Below are positions 1-13,788 of a stretch of 64,000 nt of DNA, one piece after another (position 1 is the first letter of the stretch; every line of letters starts with the position of its first letter). Origin of the DNA: Paraspadella gotoi. Lineage: Eukaryota; Animalia; Chaetognatha. The position numbers were made by a program, and so were the translations under genes. Under the pieces are notes generated by a model. It was not told the DNA's origin. It did no database searches and was given only the letters and a program-made list of their open reading frames with translations. The DNA lies in contig CM119270.1 of the NCBI GenBank assembly GCA_051294375.1, positions 1,834,091-1,898,090 of the forward strand. The letters are read 5' to 3'.

Positions 1-1000
1 ATAAACAAAAAAAAGCGAAAGGAGAAAAAAAATCAATTCCAAAATAAAACAAAAACACAAAATACAAAACATAAACAAAACATTAAATGTCTTCGTCTCT
101 CTTATAACTTTTTTTCGGTGAATAAATAAATCAATTTTTTTCTCTCTGATCTGTTTTTCGATATATGTGTTTTTTGTTTTTTTTGTTTTTTTTTTTTTTG
201 CCTCATGTGTTTCACTCTTTTTTATTTTTTGGGGGGGAAAAACTGTTTCCTCTCTTCGAAATGAAACAAAACAACGAATGCGAAACGCTTCAACCAGTAG
301 GGAAAAAAAAATATAAAATTAAAGTATATAAATATGTCATTACGAAAAAAGAAAATGGCCGTCGATAAAATAGTAAAAAAAATGATGCAACAGAACTCGA
401 TCTTTCCAGGCTACAAATAACAACAACAACAACCTCCAAACAACAACGGAAGTAAAAAGAAAAGCTGCCACCTGCGTCAGTCGTCGCAAGGCAACGAAAA
501 ATCCACTTCAACGACGGAGAAGATTAAAGAAAAAAGAAATTTCCGTGTGTTTATATCGATGAAATCTCTCTCTCTCTCTCTCTCTCNNNNNNNNNNNNNN
601 NNNNNNNNNNNNNNNNNNNNNNNNNNNNNNNNNNNNNNNNNNNNNNNNNNNNNNNNNNNNNNNNNNNNNNNNNNNNNNNNNNNNNNNNNNNNNNNNNNNN
701 NNNNNNNNNNNNNNNNNNNNNNNNNNNNNNNNNNNNNNNNNNNNNNNNNNNNNNNNNNNNNNNNNNNNNNNNNNNNNNNNNNNNNNNNNNNNNNNNNNNN
801 NNNNNNNNNNNNNNNNNNNNNNNNNNNNNNNNNNNNNNNNNNNNNNNNNNNNNNNNNNNNNNNNNNNNNNCTTTTTCAACTTACAACACGAAAACAAAAC
901 CGTCTCTTGCACAGTAAACTAGCGAAGTTCATTAATCGTGGAATAATGATCGTTGATGCGTTCGAACGCCAACGTTGGGACGTCACATCGCACGCCGTCG

Positions 1001-1157
1001 CACGCCAATTTTGGCGCTTCAATCATCGCACGCCAATATTGGCGCATCAACCGTCGCACGCCAATTTTGGCTCTTCGATCATCGCACGTCAACTTTGGCG
1101 CGTCAGCCATGGCACGTCAACTTTGGCGCGTCAACCATCGCACGTCAATATTGGCGT
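1001..1157. repeat. 28-bp minisatellite, ~5.6 copies, palindromic core
   Basis: The unit cacgccaattttggcgcttcaatcatcg starts at 1001, 1029, 1057, 1085, 1113 and 1141. Confidence 0.9.
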
Positions 1158-2821
1158 TAGATTATCTAAATTCGCTCGACGACGTTTGTTACAAAAATGT
1201 GTCAACCATGTTTAACATAAAAATGTAAACTGCGTTACCCACATTAGAGTGATAGCTATAAACAAAAACTTTTACAATCATAAACAATTTTCAAACGACT
1301 CGTTTTTTTTTGGTCAAACGTCGTTTTGTCGAAAGATTAAATATTTCCGCGTCGATCACTCGTTATACAAATCTTCCCGTTAACTTTGCTATTTTACAAA
1401 TTGTTCATTTCAATTAGCTAAACGAATTTCCATTATTTTATTGACTTATTTCAAGAAAGGGGGAAAAATTACTAGGCAAGCCCCCCTCACGTATATATTA
1501 GAGGAAAAAAAAAACAACTAAACTAAAAAAAAAAACTTTTACATTCCGCATATCTGATAAAACTGTTATATTACTTTAGCTATTTTAACGCAATACATTT
1601 AATTTCACAGCGCGAACTCTGGATTATTAAGATAATGATAATGATAATGATAATGATGGTGACGGTTCTTCGGTTTTAAAGCAAAGATGAGTAGTGTTAA
1701 GATGAAAGGTGTCTAGCAAAGAGGAGTTAAAAAGTGGTGGTGTTAAGTCAAAAAATGGGTTGCGAAAGTCAAAAAAAGGTTATTTCATACAAATCTACAA
1801 ATTAGACTAACAATCCCAGCATCAAACTGATTGACTCGATCACATTCATTCCCATTTTTCAATCAGTTGCATTTTTTGCTTCAAACTCTCACACGCAATT
1901 GCGACAGTCCGTGAGCTTCAAATTTGCGCTGCTTTGGTTTAGCGAAAACATAAAGTTACGGGGAATCGAAATAAGAGCCGCCCCTAGAAAGGAAAAATGA
2001 AAAAAAAAACCACATAAAAATAACACACACACGAAAAAAAAGAAGAAAATTTATGAAACCTATAAAAATCCACATTGCCGCACACTAACTTATTTATTAA
2101 CGTTTCTCTATAATTAAAAAAAAAAGACAAAAGCTGCTGTGTGAAACAAAATTAAAAAAAAAAACGGTTTCTCACGAACCAGCTAAGGCATTTATATATA
2201 GCTACAGCATCGAGAAAAAAAGCAACAGTATTGAAAACAAAAATGCTCCGGCAGCGGCGGCGGTGGCTGCACGATATTCTCGTTCTTTCCTTTTACATTT
2301 TCCAAAAAAAAAAAAAAATTCCGTTTTGGCTCTGAAGTTTTTTTTATTTTTTTATTTTTTAAAAAATCGTGAACAGACTAACAAGATCGGCTATGTGACC
2401 ATAACTTGAAAAAAAAACAAAACAAAACAAAAACAAACACCAAAACATACGAAACACAATACAAAAAGCTCATCGCTAATAAGTTATGGTTTAAAAAAAA
2501 ATTAGTTTTTAATTGTTATTACAATGTTATTACAATACCATCGTAATGTATAATTGTATCGTCACCCCGCGAAAATAAAAAAAGGTTTGAATCGTCAAAA
2601 AATAAAATATTCTTGTTTTTTTTTCATGTCAGCGTTCGGTTCCATGTTCGGTTCCATGTCCAGTCATCCGTTTGACATGTTCTCTCTCTTACCTACGTCA
2701 TGTCTTTGCTTGTTATTCCCTTTTCGCTGTCTGTTCGATAATCTGTTACGAATTTTTAAAAAAAAAAACAACAAAAAAATCAATTTTCCCTTTGTTTCAC
2801 TCACTCTCTCTCTCTCTCTTC

Positions 2822-2894
<73 letters not shown>

Positions 2895-3790
2895 TTCCTC
2901 TCTCACAATCTCTAACTCCCTTGTCATGGATCCCCAATGTAATGTCTGTCGCGTAACGCCGTTCGTTTAACTTCGGTGTTACTTCTCGGCCATAGATTAA
3001 TTTTTTTTTTTCTGACCGCAGCTGGCTCTGTTATTCTTTGTTTCTTTCTACTTTTAAATGTGTTTTAAGATAAAATTTTTTTTTTCTCTCATCTCTTGAA
3101 TTGGACGCCACTCTTAAAGCTTAACCTTTAAAATTATCCTTAGTTCCATAACACAGTTCAAACCTTTGTAATTACCCCCCCTGTTCTTTCTGAAATCTCT
3201 TTTACCTTATAATTTTAACAAACATCAATTTTACCTCAACGTTAATTTTTATCTTTTAACATGGATCAAATTTAAGAAAAATTTAATTTCTTTGCGAAGT
3301 TCAAATTGATCCGTGAACTAAGAGTAACCCCATTCGAAATTTTTTCCCCACATTTTTCAAAACTTGAACCGAAAGATCTTCCTTATCTCAAACTAATAAA
3401 ACTTCTTCTCTTGCTTTTTCCACTTTTAATTTTTTCAAAATCTTTCCCAAAAATTTGACAAACAAATATTTTTCTCCCTTTTTTTCTCCTTATCTCGACA
3501 CAACAAGTTTCTTCTTAAAAAAAAATTAAGAAAAAAGTTGCTTTCAATACTAAAATTTCTTAGACTCCCCTTCGCCCACTATCCCCTTAAGGAAGCGTGA
3601 GATTTCCAAGCCCTGCGATTGTATATTTCATTCACAAAAAAAAAAAGACAAAACTGCTAAAAAAAATCTCGTCCAAGAATCAGTGGATACAAAATCCTCT
3701 AGCATTTTTTGTTTCTTCAATTTTTTTGGTAAATAAAATTTTCGGGGTAAAAAAAAACGAACGAAAGAGATAAATTTTACAAAAAAATAT

Positions 3791-3965
3791 AAGCTGAGCA
3801 AGCTTAGCAAGCTTAGCAAGCTTTGCAAGCTTAAACGCGAAAAAAAATATTGTCTCATGCCGAAAACAAAAATGATAGTCTCAAAAAGGAAGAACAGTTC
3901 TATCCAAAGAGGTTCTATCCAATAGGTTCTATCCAAAGAGGTTCTATCCAAAGAGGTTCTATCCG
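3791..3965. repeat. Adjacent short arrays: 9-bp gcaagctta x4-5 and 15-bp aggttctatccaaag x5
   Basis: Directly visible at 3791-3832 and 3896-3965. Confidence 0.85.
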
Positions 3966-5982
3966 AAGATGTGATTCGCCCTTAACTTGGGTGACAAAAA
4001 AAATTGATTGTGGCTTCGAATTAACAGTAAAAATCTACATATATAAATTGAATGAACGACATGATATCTAAGTTGACAATTCATTAGATTTCGAGAGAAT
4101 TTAGTGAAAATAGCAAAATAGTAAAAGAGAAAAATGGTAAATCAATGACATGAATTGATAAATTTGACATAGAGTAAAATTGATGAATTTTAAGAGGGAT
4201 ATTATAATATTAAAAACATTATATTATATTATATTATATTATATTATATTAGGAGACGAAAGGAGACAACTTGAGGGGCAGAGAATTCGGAGAGGAAATC
4301 GATCGGGCTTGAGACCCTAAGCAAGTCTCGCCACATCGATTTCCGAGGTCCAAAGCTCGAGCTTCCTCTTTGTCCTCCATCAAAACCGCACGGCCCTTCT
4401 CACGGTGTGAACGGCATAGTCCACACTTCACACCGATCTATCTGCAATCGGGTCGAACTATTCTTCCTTTTATAGTCTGACGAGAAATGAAAAAAGGTTT
4501 GGCCGAAAATTGAAAGACCCAATGACAAATGCGACTTGGTGCAAGGCTCAGAGTAAAAAAAAAAAAGGCTCGTATAATAGAAAAAAAAAAGAAACTGTTT
4601 TGTTCCAACTCACAAAGTTGGATACAAAAAAAAAAAGGAAAAAAGACAAAAAACCATATTTCCCCCCGTCCGCCCTCTCTTTTTCCCAATATTACCAGAT
4701 TATAGCTAAATTATTTTTTTTTCTCTTTATTTAAAAAACGTTGTTATTATGTAAAAAAAAAATATATCGCTCTTGATCTCTTTTTATCTCTTTTCTCTCT
4801 CTTTCTCTTCTTATCTCTCTCTTCCTCTCACTCTCTCTCTCTTTTTCTCTCTCTCTCATTTTTTGACACCGAGTGTCTATATCCTTACTAACTAGCATAA
4901 TTCAAAGATTGATATACCCATAATGTACTCGTGCCGATAAGTTTTTATAAACGTTTCAGTTTAGCTTGTAAATTTCATTTAAATCATCGCTTTTTTTACA
5001 TCAGTTTATTTTTTTTGGTTATTTAGTTTTTAGGAATCCTATAAAATGAAATTCTTATATCTCTAGTAATTAGGTATTAGATAGTATAAATATAATATTA
5101 AGCAGGATAAAGAATAAAAATAACACTAACTACTGTAAAATTAATTTTCATAAACAACGATTTTTTTATCTCATAAATTATTAAGATAATTTTTTTTTCA
5201 ATTTAATAAAAAGTTTAAACCAGTGAAGTTTTAGCTGATATTTTTAACTTATTTATTAAGCTCAATTTATTTTTCTTTATTTCATTACCATGTTGCTCGT
5301 GATGGTAAACTTATACGTATTCTCGTAACTAACTAACACATATTGATGTTGACTGTTGATGTATAAATGATATCGTTTTATTTTAATAATACAAAAGAAT
5401 TTTATCTTTTTTTTCCTTTTCAGAATTTTCATCGTTTGTTAAGTCAATTGTGAGTTGATATCTTAATATAAACAAAATTTGTTACCTCATTTTTAAAAAA
5501 AAATTCTCTCAAAAAAATTATAATTGTAATCATTAGAAAAGGCATTAATTACAAATTCTAAATTTTTTCCTCGGTGTTTTTAATATAAAAAATATTGCCA
5601 TGAAGCCTCAATTACTTTTAATATTCTGCAGGGCAGGATGTGAAACACGGATGGAATAAGAATTATTAATTATGTTAAATTTTATTAAGATCTGTAATAT
5701 ACATGCTTAAACTCTAAATGTTTTTAAAAAAATCTATAAAGAAATCTTATAAACTTAAAACCAATTGAAGTCTTAAAGAAAAAAAAAATAAATGCCGCTA
5801 TATATAATTTGTATAGCTATATAAATAATATAATACGATTAACATAAAATAGAATTAAATATTTTGGTTTCTTTAATAATCGATCAGACTTTTAAATAAT
5901 GAAAACAAATTAGGTTAATGTAGTAATTTAAACCAACGATTGCTTCCATATTTTTGTTCGGCTTTTATTGTAAATCTGCCCC

Positions 5983-6041
<59 letters not shown>

Positions 6042-6521
6042 CTCTCTCCTCTCTCTCCCTCCCTCTCCCCGTTCTCCAACGTTATCCATGGGTCCGCTGT
6101 ACCAGTTTTGTGTCGTGCGTTTAAGTGTCGCTTTATAAATTTAGTTTTTGTTTTGATCAAGAATTGATCACATATCCCTAGGTCCTTTGCCCCCATCCCT
6201 TTTCCCATTTCCTCCCTTCTCCCTGCCTTTCCCCCTCTCTCTCTCTCTCCTTTCCTGCCTCCATTCCCCCTGCCCCTTCTTCCCACTCCGAAAAAGAAAA
6301 ATACAAAATTATCGTGAGATCAAGAAAACTTTTTTTTTCTCTTTTATTTTTCGCCAACAATCGATTGAATGAAATTAAAATCGAATTCGTCAACTTGAAA
6401 TATATAAAACTTTTTTCTGGTTTATTTATGTTCGTTTCGTTATAATATAACTTTTATACTCAATTGGTTGTGGCTGACAAAATTCTCCAGAACAAAAAAA
6501 AAGTCATCTTAATCTCCCTCC

Positions 6522-6629
<108 letters not shown>

Positions 6630-7195
6630 TACAACGACGTCTTAAGCAAAACTATTGACTGAATACGAATACTTGTTCATTAATTGTTAATCGCTTATAT
6701 TTTCGTTCTCAAAGATGCATAGTATGTATGCATATTTCGAAAAACAAAAGAAACAATCTTTCTCTGCCGAACATTAATTCATGTTTCGCAAAAAAAAAAT
6801 CATCTAAAGAAATGTTTTTTTTCCTATCTCTCTCTCTCTTACTCTTTCTCTCTATTTTAATGGATTGTGCAAAAAATCATTTAAAACAAACAAAAATGAA
6901 ATAAAATCGTAGCCGTTGTTTTTCTGTTCATTATTTAAACAAAAAAAGTCAATGTTATACACAACAAAACCAAACAAAAAAAGAATATAAGAGATTTAAT
7001 TTCTCTTTTCATTTTATTGAAAAAAAAATACCCCGATAGATTTCGGGTCAAAAAAGAGGAATAAAGTAGAACGAACGTTTAAAAAAAAATATACTATGAT
7101 TATTACTAATGACAATAGTTTCTTGCAGTTAAATAATTTTTTGTGTTTCTCGCCTCATCCTGGTTTTGCTGTAATCTTGCCCAGCTGTTATTAGA

Positions 7196-7296
<101 letters not shown>

Positions 7297-7689
7297 CTTC
7301 CCCTACATTCCCCACTCTCTCTCCCTCTTTTCGTTCAAATTAAAAAAAACTGATTAGCATCCAATTTTTTTCCCCCAATTTATTTCCTCTTCGTAATTTC
7401 AATTACATTTTTATTTGTAAACAAAACAAAACAAAAATGAATTACCCCCCCTCCATCAAAAAACAAAAACATAGCCTCTTTAAATTGAGAGAGAAAGATT
7501 ATGAAATGTTTTCACCTTTTGGGCCCGAATTTTTGCCGCCAATGTCACACGATGAATAATTATTAAACTTTGTTTTACCTTTTTTTTCCATTGTCTGTCT
7601 CGCCTCTTTCGCTGTTACTTAAAATAACAATAACGAATAAAAATACAAGTTCATTCAAGTGCTGTTTTTCCTTTCTCTCTCTCTCTCTC

Positions 7690-7734
<45 letters not shown>

Positions 7735-8510
7735 TTCGGTCTTTCTAGTGAGATTTAAACAACAACAGTTCGTCAGTTTGTTAATTTCAATGTTATTTTT
7801 TATATATTAAATAAAACATCGAGTTGTCATTCAGAGCAGGTAACTTTTTTGAGACCGCGCATTCAATCCATGTTGCCCTTGGTTATTTATTCCAGAAAAG
7901 AGTTGGTCTTGATATATGAGTTTTCGGCTTTATAAAATTAACCAGGGAATGAATGCCTGGACTAAAGATGAACTGCGCCGAATCCCATCGAGATGAAATT
8001 GGTTCAACCAATATAAAAATTATCCATTCATTTAATAAATAAGCTATCTTTCCACTGACTTTGGACAGGCTTTGGTGGTTTAAGGCTTCCATGACTCTTA
8101 CAAGATAATGACAAAGCAGGTCCCTGCAAACTTTCAATCAAGACTCTCTCACAGTCCCGTTTATTCACTCCCAGAGTACCTGGCTTCCTTATCAATGAAG
8201 TGTTAAATTAATCTCAAAACGGGATCATCTCGCATCTCGCAAAATCCACTGTGGGTGACTACTGACGATTCTGAAAAGCTGCTCCGAGAATTTGATCTCA
8301 TCAGAATCTGAAAATCTGGCAAAATTTGACAGTCGACGTTTTGAGAAAATCTCACGAGAAAAAAAAAATGTCGTGAGTGGATGTAAACGATTGTAGTCGG
8401 TGCCTACAGGTGAATTAGAATAATCAGGTACATCTTCACTACAATTGTTATGTACAATTGTACATTTTCTCTTGTCATAAAAGTCGATAGAGGGAGACGC
8501 CCACGTATCT

Positions 8511-10824
8511 TTACTCGGCGTCGGCTAACTCTGTCGAAACGCCGCCGCCGCCTCCCACGCCGGCACCACCGCCACCACCGCGGCCTCCATCGCCACCGCC
8601 GCCGCCGTCGCCGCCGCCGCCGCCGCCTCCGCCGACACCGCAACTGTCCTCTCCTCCACCCATTTTCTTGCTTCTCCAAAAAATGCCTCCACTAACGACG
8701 GTGACGCCGACGACGACGACAAAGACGACGACAAAGACGATGAAAAGTTGAAATCTGTTCATCCAATAAACGAAGTTGACGACGAAAAACCAATGAAGAC
8801 AGATTTGATATGAATGACAATCGCCGACTGTTGGGGGAGGAGAAAAACAAACGATACGATTTATGAACAATATACACACATTCTATTATTGCTATGCCTT
8901 TTTTTGGCCATATTTATAGCGCCCCAAGAAAAATAGTTCCCCTTTTTTAAGGGCCCTACAAAAGGCTGCTTATTAGGGTGAAGTGAAAGTTTGGAATCAA
9001 AATTTAGCAGTTATATCTTGAAAACTATCATATTAGTGAATACTAATCTGTAATTATTTTTCTTTTTTTATAAATATAGTAGCCCAGTCAGCTTATTTTG
9101 TATATAGTACTACCCTTATATAATGTCAAAATTTTAAAATGGTTGTTTTTTAATTCTGAGAACAGATTCAGATTCTTCGTTAAAAGTTAATACAAGAAAG
9201 TATAAATCTTTTTCAAAAATTATGTCATTAAGTAGGTTAAAATTACAAAAAACTATATTTTTAAGCTGGAAATTTAAAATCGGCATCTTAAATATAGTTT
9301 TTTACATTTTTGAATAACTTAATGAAAGAATTTTTAAAAAAGAATTGTACTTTCTTATAATAACTTTTTGCAAGGAATCCAAATCCGATCTTAAAATTTA
9401 AAAATTTGTATTTTGAAATTTTAGCCTATTATATACTTATTACTATATATAAATATAGCTCACTGGTGCCTACTAATGTATAAAATTAAAAAATAAATTT
9501 ACCAAAATATTTTTATTGGTTTTTATGATCATGTTTTATATGCTAAATTTTAATTTTCTAAAATTTTATCATTTTCACATCACTCTACTGCTTATATAGT
9601 GGATGCGGAATATTACATCAACAAATTCTCACATCTTCTGCTCTCTGTATTCACATCGCTCATTACACTTTTATAAATCACCCTGAGCCAAATTAAAGGC
9701 TACCATCTCCGCCACAACACAAATCCTCACCACAATTTCACAAATCCCCCGCAACAACACCACAAATCCCGCGCAACAACACCACAAATCCCCGCCGCAA
9801 CACCACAAATCCCTCGCCACAACACCAAAAATCCCCCGCCACAACAACACACAAATTCCCCCGCCACAACACCACAAATCCCCCGCCACAACACCTCGAT
9901 GAAATCTCCATCCCAACGAAGATACGAAGGCGAGGATTCCGCCCAGTCGCCCGTCCACGCATTTGGCTGCGATGAGAGCGAAGACGAAGAGTGCTCGAGG
10001 GCGGAGGTGGATGTGGGGTGGAAGGGTGGTTACTGGGTGGGCGGGGTGGTGGATGGGGGTGGAATGGTGAGGACATTTGAAAGGAGAAAGTGAGGTGAAT
10101 TTAGGGTTCGTTTGACTAAATCGTCGAAGTTATTAATTAATGATTAATAAAAAAAAACTCTGCTGATTAATTAAATCGACTAAGATTTGAGACAGAGAGA
10201 ACATATATATATATATATATTTAAACAAAGTCGAAATATGATGGCAAAATAACTTTTTAAAGATTAACACGTGTAAATAAAATAATGACGAATGTCAAAT
10301 GACCGATGGAAAATAATGACGAATGTCATATGACCGATGATAAATGATGATGAATGTCAAATGACCGATGACAAATATTGACGAGTCTCAAATGACCGAT
10401 GACAAATGATGATGAATGTCAATTGACCAAAGACAAATGATGACTAATGTCAAATGACCGATGGCAAATAATTACAAATGTCATATGATTGATGATAAAT
10501 GATGATAAATGTCATATGACTGAAGGCAAATGATGATGAATGTCAAATTACCGATGACAAATAATGACAAATGATAACTAATGACAGACCTTCGGCGAAA
10601 ATCTCCGTTCCAGATCTGAGACCCGAAACATTGGCGTCGACGTAACTCACGTTGACGTTACCGCCGCCGCCGCCGCCGCTGTCACCGCCGCCGCCGCCGT
10701 CACCGCCAATCTTTGCGGCGCTAACCGGGTCGGCCCTCGAATACGCGGCGCCGTAAGTGTGCAGATCACGAAAAGAGAGACGGCTCACGGGTCGCCACCC
10801 TCTGGCGGTGAAGAGCATAGGCAT
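8511..10824 (-). CDS. Candidate 3-exon gene (10824-10590, 10032-9895, 8827-8511) for a ~229 aa Gly-rich protein with hydrophobic segments
   Basis: Three GC-rich islands; aaaATG start; pyrimidine-rich acceptors; all junctions phase 1 and open to TAA; no recognisable domain. Confidence 0.35.
9708..9893. repeat. ~22-bp minisatellite ccgccacaacaccacaaatccc
   Basis: About 8 degenerate tandem copies. Confidence 0.88.
10281..10585. repeat. 31-bp minisatellite aatgatgatgaatgtcaaatgaccgatgaca
   Basis: About 9-10 tandem copies with period 31. Confidence 0.9.
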
Positions 10825-10826
10825 TT

Positions 10827-10950
<124 letters not shown>

Positions 10951-11435
10951 CTCGACAATTGTGAAACGCGGTTCGCTAAGAGTTTACTGCGTTCACAGCA
11001 ACGACATTTAAATTAATAAAAAAAACACGTAGATATCGTTTACTTAAGTTGAAAAAAAATCTAAATAGTGTAAATTTTCAACGAAAACTATCTCTTTGTC
11101 TAAGAGAGTAAAGAAACTAACAGCATCTACTGGTTGAAAGTACAGATTGCTCTTTTTATGATAAATTATTGCGGGATGCTATGTAGCTTAAGCACGTGCT
11201 GTCATCTGCTGAGCGAGGGTATGCCAGAAAGAGGTTGACATGAGCAAGTTTAAACAAAAGATTTCTATAAATTGTGTTTCATTTGAACTTAGATTTCATA
11301 TACAAGATATGAATCCGATCCTATTAAATTGACATTACCGGTAGTTACCGATTAGTTGCAAATAGATTTTCAAACTTTTGCTTAGAATTCTTATATCTTT
11401 TTCGTAAAAAAAAATTTCATTTTAAAAACTCTTGT

Positions 11436-11628
11436 GAAGAGACAGTAATTATTGTTATGTGTTAGTGACAGAAATGTTCAATATATATCAGGCGGGTTAA
11501 GCGACCCGTCCTTCTTAACTGCTAGGCGGCCACCGGGTTAGAACCCCGGACCTTTGGGTTGGGAGGCGAATGACTTGCCTCCGGCACCAATGGCCACTGA
11601 TGAACGGTTGGTGGATTTTAGTCCACCA
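11436..11628 (-). mobile_element. tRNA-derived (SINE-like) repeat with terminal hairpin; copies at about 15786-15928, 20558-20702, 53675-53940, 60926-61160 and 61315-61530
   Basis: Minus strand ggccatt..ggtggcc acceptor-stem pairing, A-box-like tggtgccggagg and B-box-like ggttctaaccc; hairpin TGGTGGA-ttttag-TCCACCA at 11609-11628. Confidence 0.65.
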
Positions 11629-11910
11629 TACTTGCATTATTAGCATTTTTAGTTCAGTCTCTGAATTTTAGATCCCACCGCACTTTTTATGTTATACAAG
11701 TAAAAACAAATTATCAATTTATCTCTATTTTTATTCCTTGTTTATTAACCCTTTTTTAGTTCTGGTTCTGACTTTTTTATCTCACTGCGCTTTTTAAGTA
11801 AAAAATAAAAAAAATAAAAATATCTTTTTTTATTCAATTACAATCTTATTAAACACACCATTCGGTTTGTATAAATGTACAAGTTTCTTATCAAACAATA
11901 ACAGGACCAA

Positions 11911-12034
11911 TCACTGGTGACTTTGAGAATGTTCGAGAAAATAACTATCCCTTCGACCTCCGAACTGTGGATGTTCAAGCAAGATTGTTCCTCTCTTCTC
12001 GAAAGAGTATTTTTGATTGTTGACGAGCAGAACC
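11911..12034 (-). CDS. rGC terminal exon (R)VLLVNNQKYSFEKRGTILLEHPQFGGRRDSYFLEHSQSHQ*
   Basis: Acceptor ccag|, phase 2 matches the previous exon; aligns to the GC C-terminus (F.xE.RG...TYWL); TGA at 11913-11911. Confidence 0.85.
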
Positions 12035-12781
12035 CTGGACCGAGAGAATGACCCCTTAGTTGGTTTAAGGTTTCAGTTTGAACAAATAATTAATCTGAAT
12101 GTTATGAACTGTATATACGACGTGAAAAAGTGATTTTTTAATTCGTCTATTTAAAAAAAAATTGTTCATCATCCAGTGAAAAATAATAGTCAGGATTATA
12201 GTTGATATGATTAAAATTATCAAAACCGAAATTACTAAGTAATCTCAGCTATTAGAGTCAAAACCCAATCACTATCATTATAAATTTAGTACAACAATTA
12301 TATATCTATCCATTCATTCAATAAATAAGTAATATTTTGCTTCTAGACTTTGGACATGGCTATGGTGGGTTAAGCCTTAAGGCCTCCTTTCTTTCTGACA
12401 AGATAGTAACATAGCAGGTCTCTTCAAGCTGTCAATCAAGACTCTCACACAGCCTCTCTCACAGCCTCCTTTTTTATTACAAGACAGTAACATAGCAGGT
12501 CTCTTCAAGCTGTCAATCAAGACTCTCACAGCCTCCTTCTTTCTTACAAGACAGTAACATAGCGGTTCCCTTCAAGCTGTCAATCATCTCTCACAGTCTT
12601 CAATTTCATTTTTTTCCCGCCAAACCTCGTCTCCTCCGTGACGTGAACCTTCATCGGTGATCCGTGAGATTCCATCAGTTTCGTGATTTCGTAATTTTTA
12701 CCAAAGATCGTGTACTTAGGATGTCTAGTGCCAAGAACTCCCGCCACGACGCCACTGTCGTAATTAATTTTGTTAGTATCA

Positions 12782-12879
<98 letters not shown>

Positions 12880-13704
12880 TTTGTAGTTCTCATTCTGTTA
12901 TTTGTTATTCATTTTGTTGTTCTCATTCTGTTATTTGTTATTCATTTTGTTGTTCTCATTCTGTTATTTGTTATTCATTTTGTTGTTCTCATTCTGTTAT
13001 TTGTTTTTCATTTTGTTCTTCTAATTCTGTTATTTGTTATTCATTTTGTTCTTCTTATTGTGTTATTTGTTATTCATTTTGTTCTTCTCATATAAATCTA
13101 TCCTACTCAGATAAGCCTAACTTTCTTGAACGAACCTGACTTTTTCCAGATCAGCCCACATCGGCCTTGGATGAGCCTAAATTACCCTTCATAAGATGGA
13201 ACCTAACTTCCCCCAACTTCCCCAAAAAACTCACCCGGAGTGAATACCTATCCGAATTTCTATCTTCCTGGACTGCCCGTGGCATCTGTACTCGTAGTGC
13301 CACAAAGAGTTTCTCATGGCCACGCCGAAATCCGCGACCCGCTCCGCGTGGTCCGCTCTCTCTTCCGGCACGCCTATTTTGTGTGTGTGCGCGTGTGTGT
13401 GAGTGTGAACGGTGTGAGCCATTTTTTTAATGGATGAATAAAGAGAACAATGAATGCACTACATCCCTGTCTACATTATTAATATACAAATTAGATAATT
13501 CATTTTTATATTATTTTTATTAAGTCTTTCTTTTTGTTGTCTTAGGATTGAAGCAAAAACGAGGTTTGTTTGTTTACAAATAACGTTTTTTGGAATTAAA
13601 AAAAAATATATTGTATATAAACAAATAAACTTTCTTTCTCTTCAATCGTATATTAATTTAAAATTTAGTTAATAATAATAATGATAATAATAATCAATAA
13701 ATAA

Positions 13705-13788
<84 letters not shown>

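Noticed and set aside
1001-1157. CRISPR-like palindromic repeat array
   Set aside because: Linkers are short and mutually similar (tandem minisatellite), the context is eukaryotic and there are no cas genes.
4249-4440. GC-richer island with a 60-aa minus-strand ORF
   Set aside because: No motif or partner exon; it could be a terminal exon but this is unsupported.
11527-11597. Functional tRNA gene
   Set aside because: The anticodon stem does not pair, the B box is imperfect and it is part of a multi-copy repeat.
12664-13095. Hydrophobic poly-Ile/IHFVVLILLFV ORF
   Set aside because: Translation of (ATT)n plus a 33-bp minisatellite in an intron, overlapping a real minus-strand exon.
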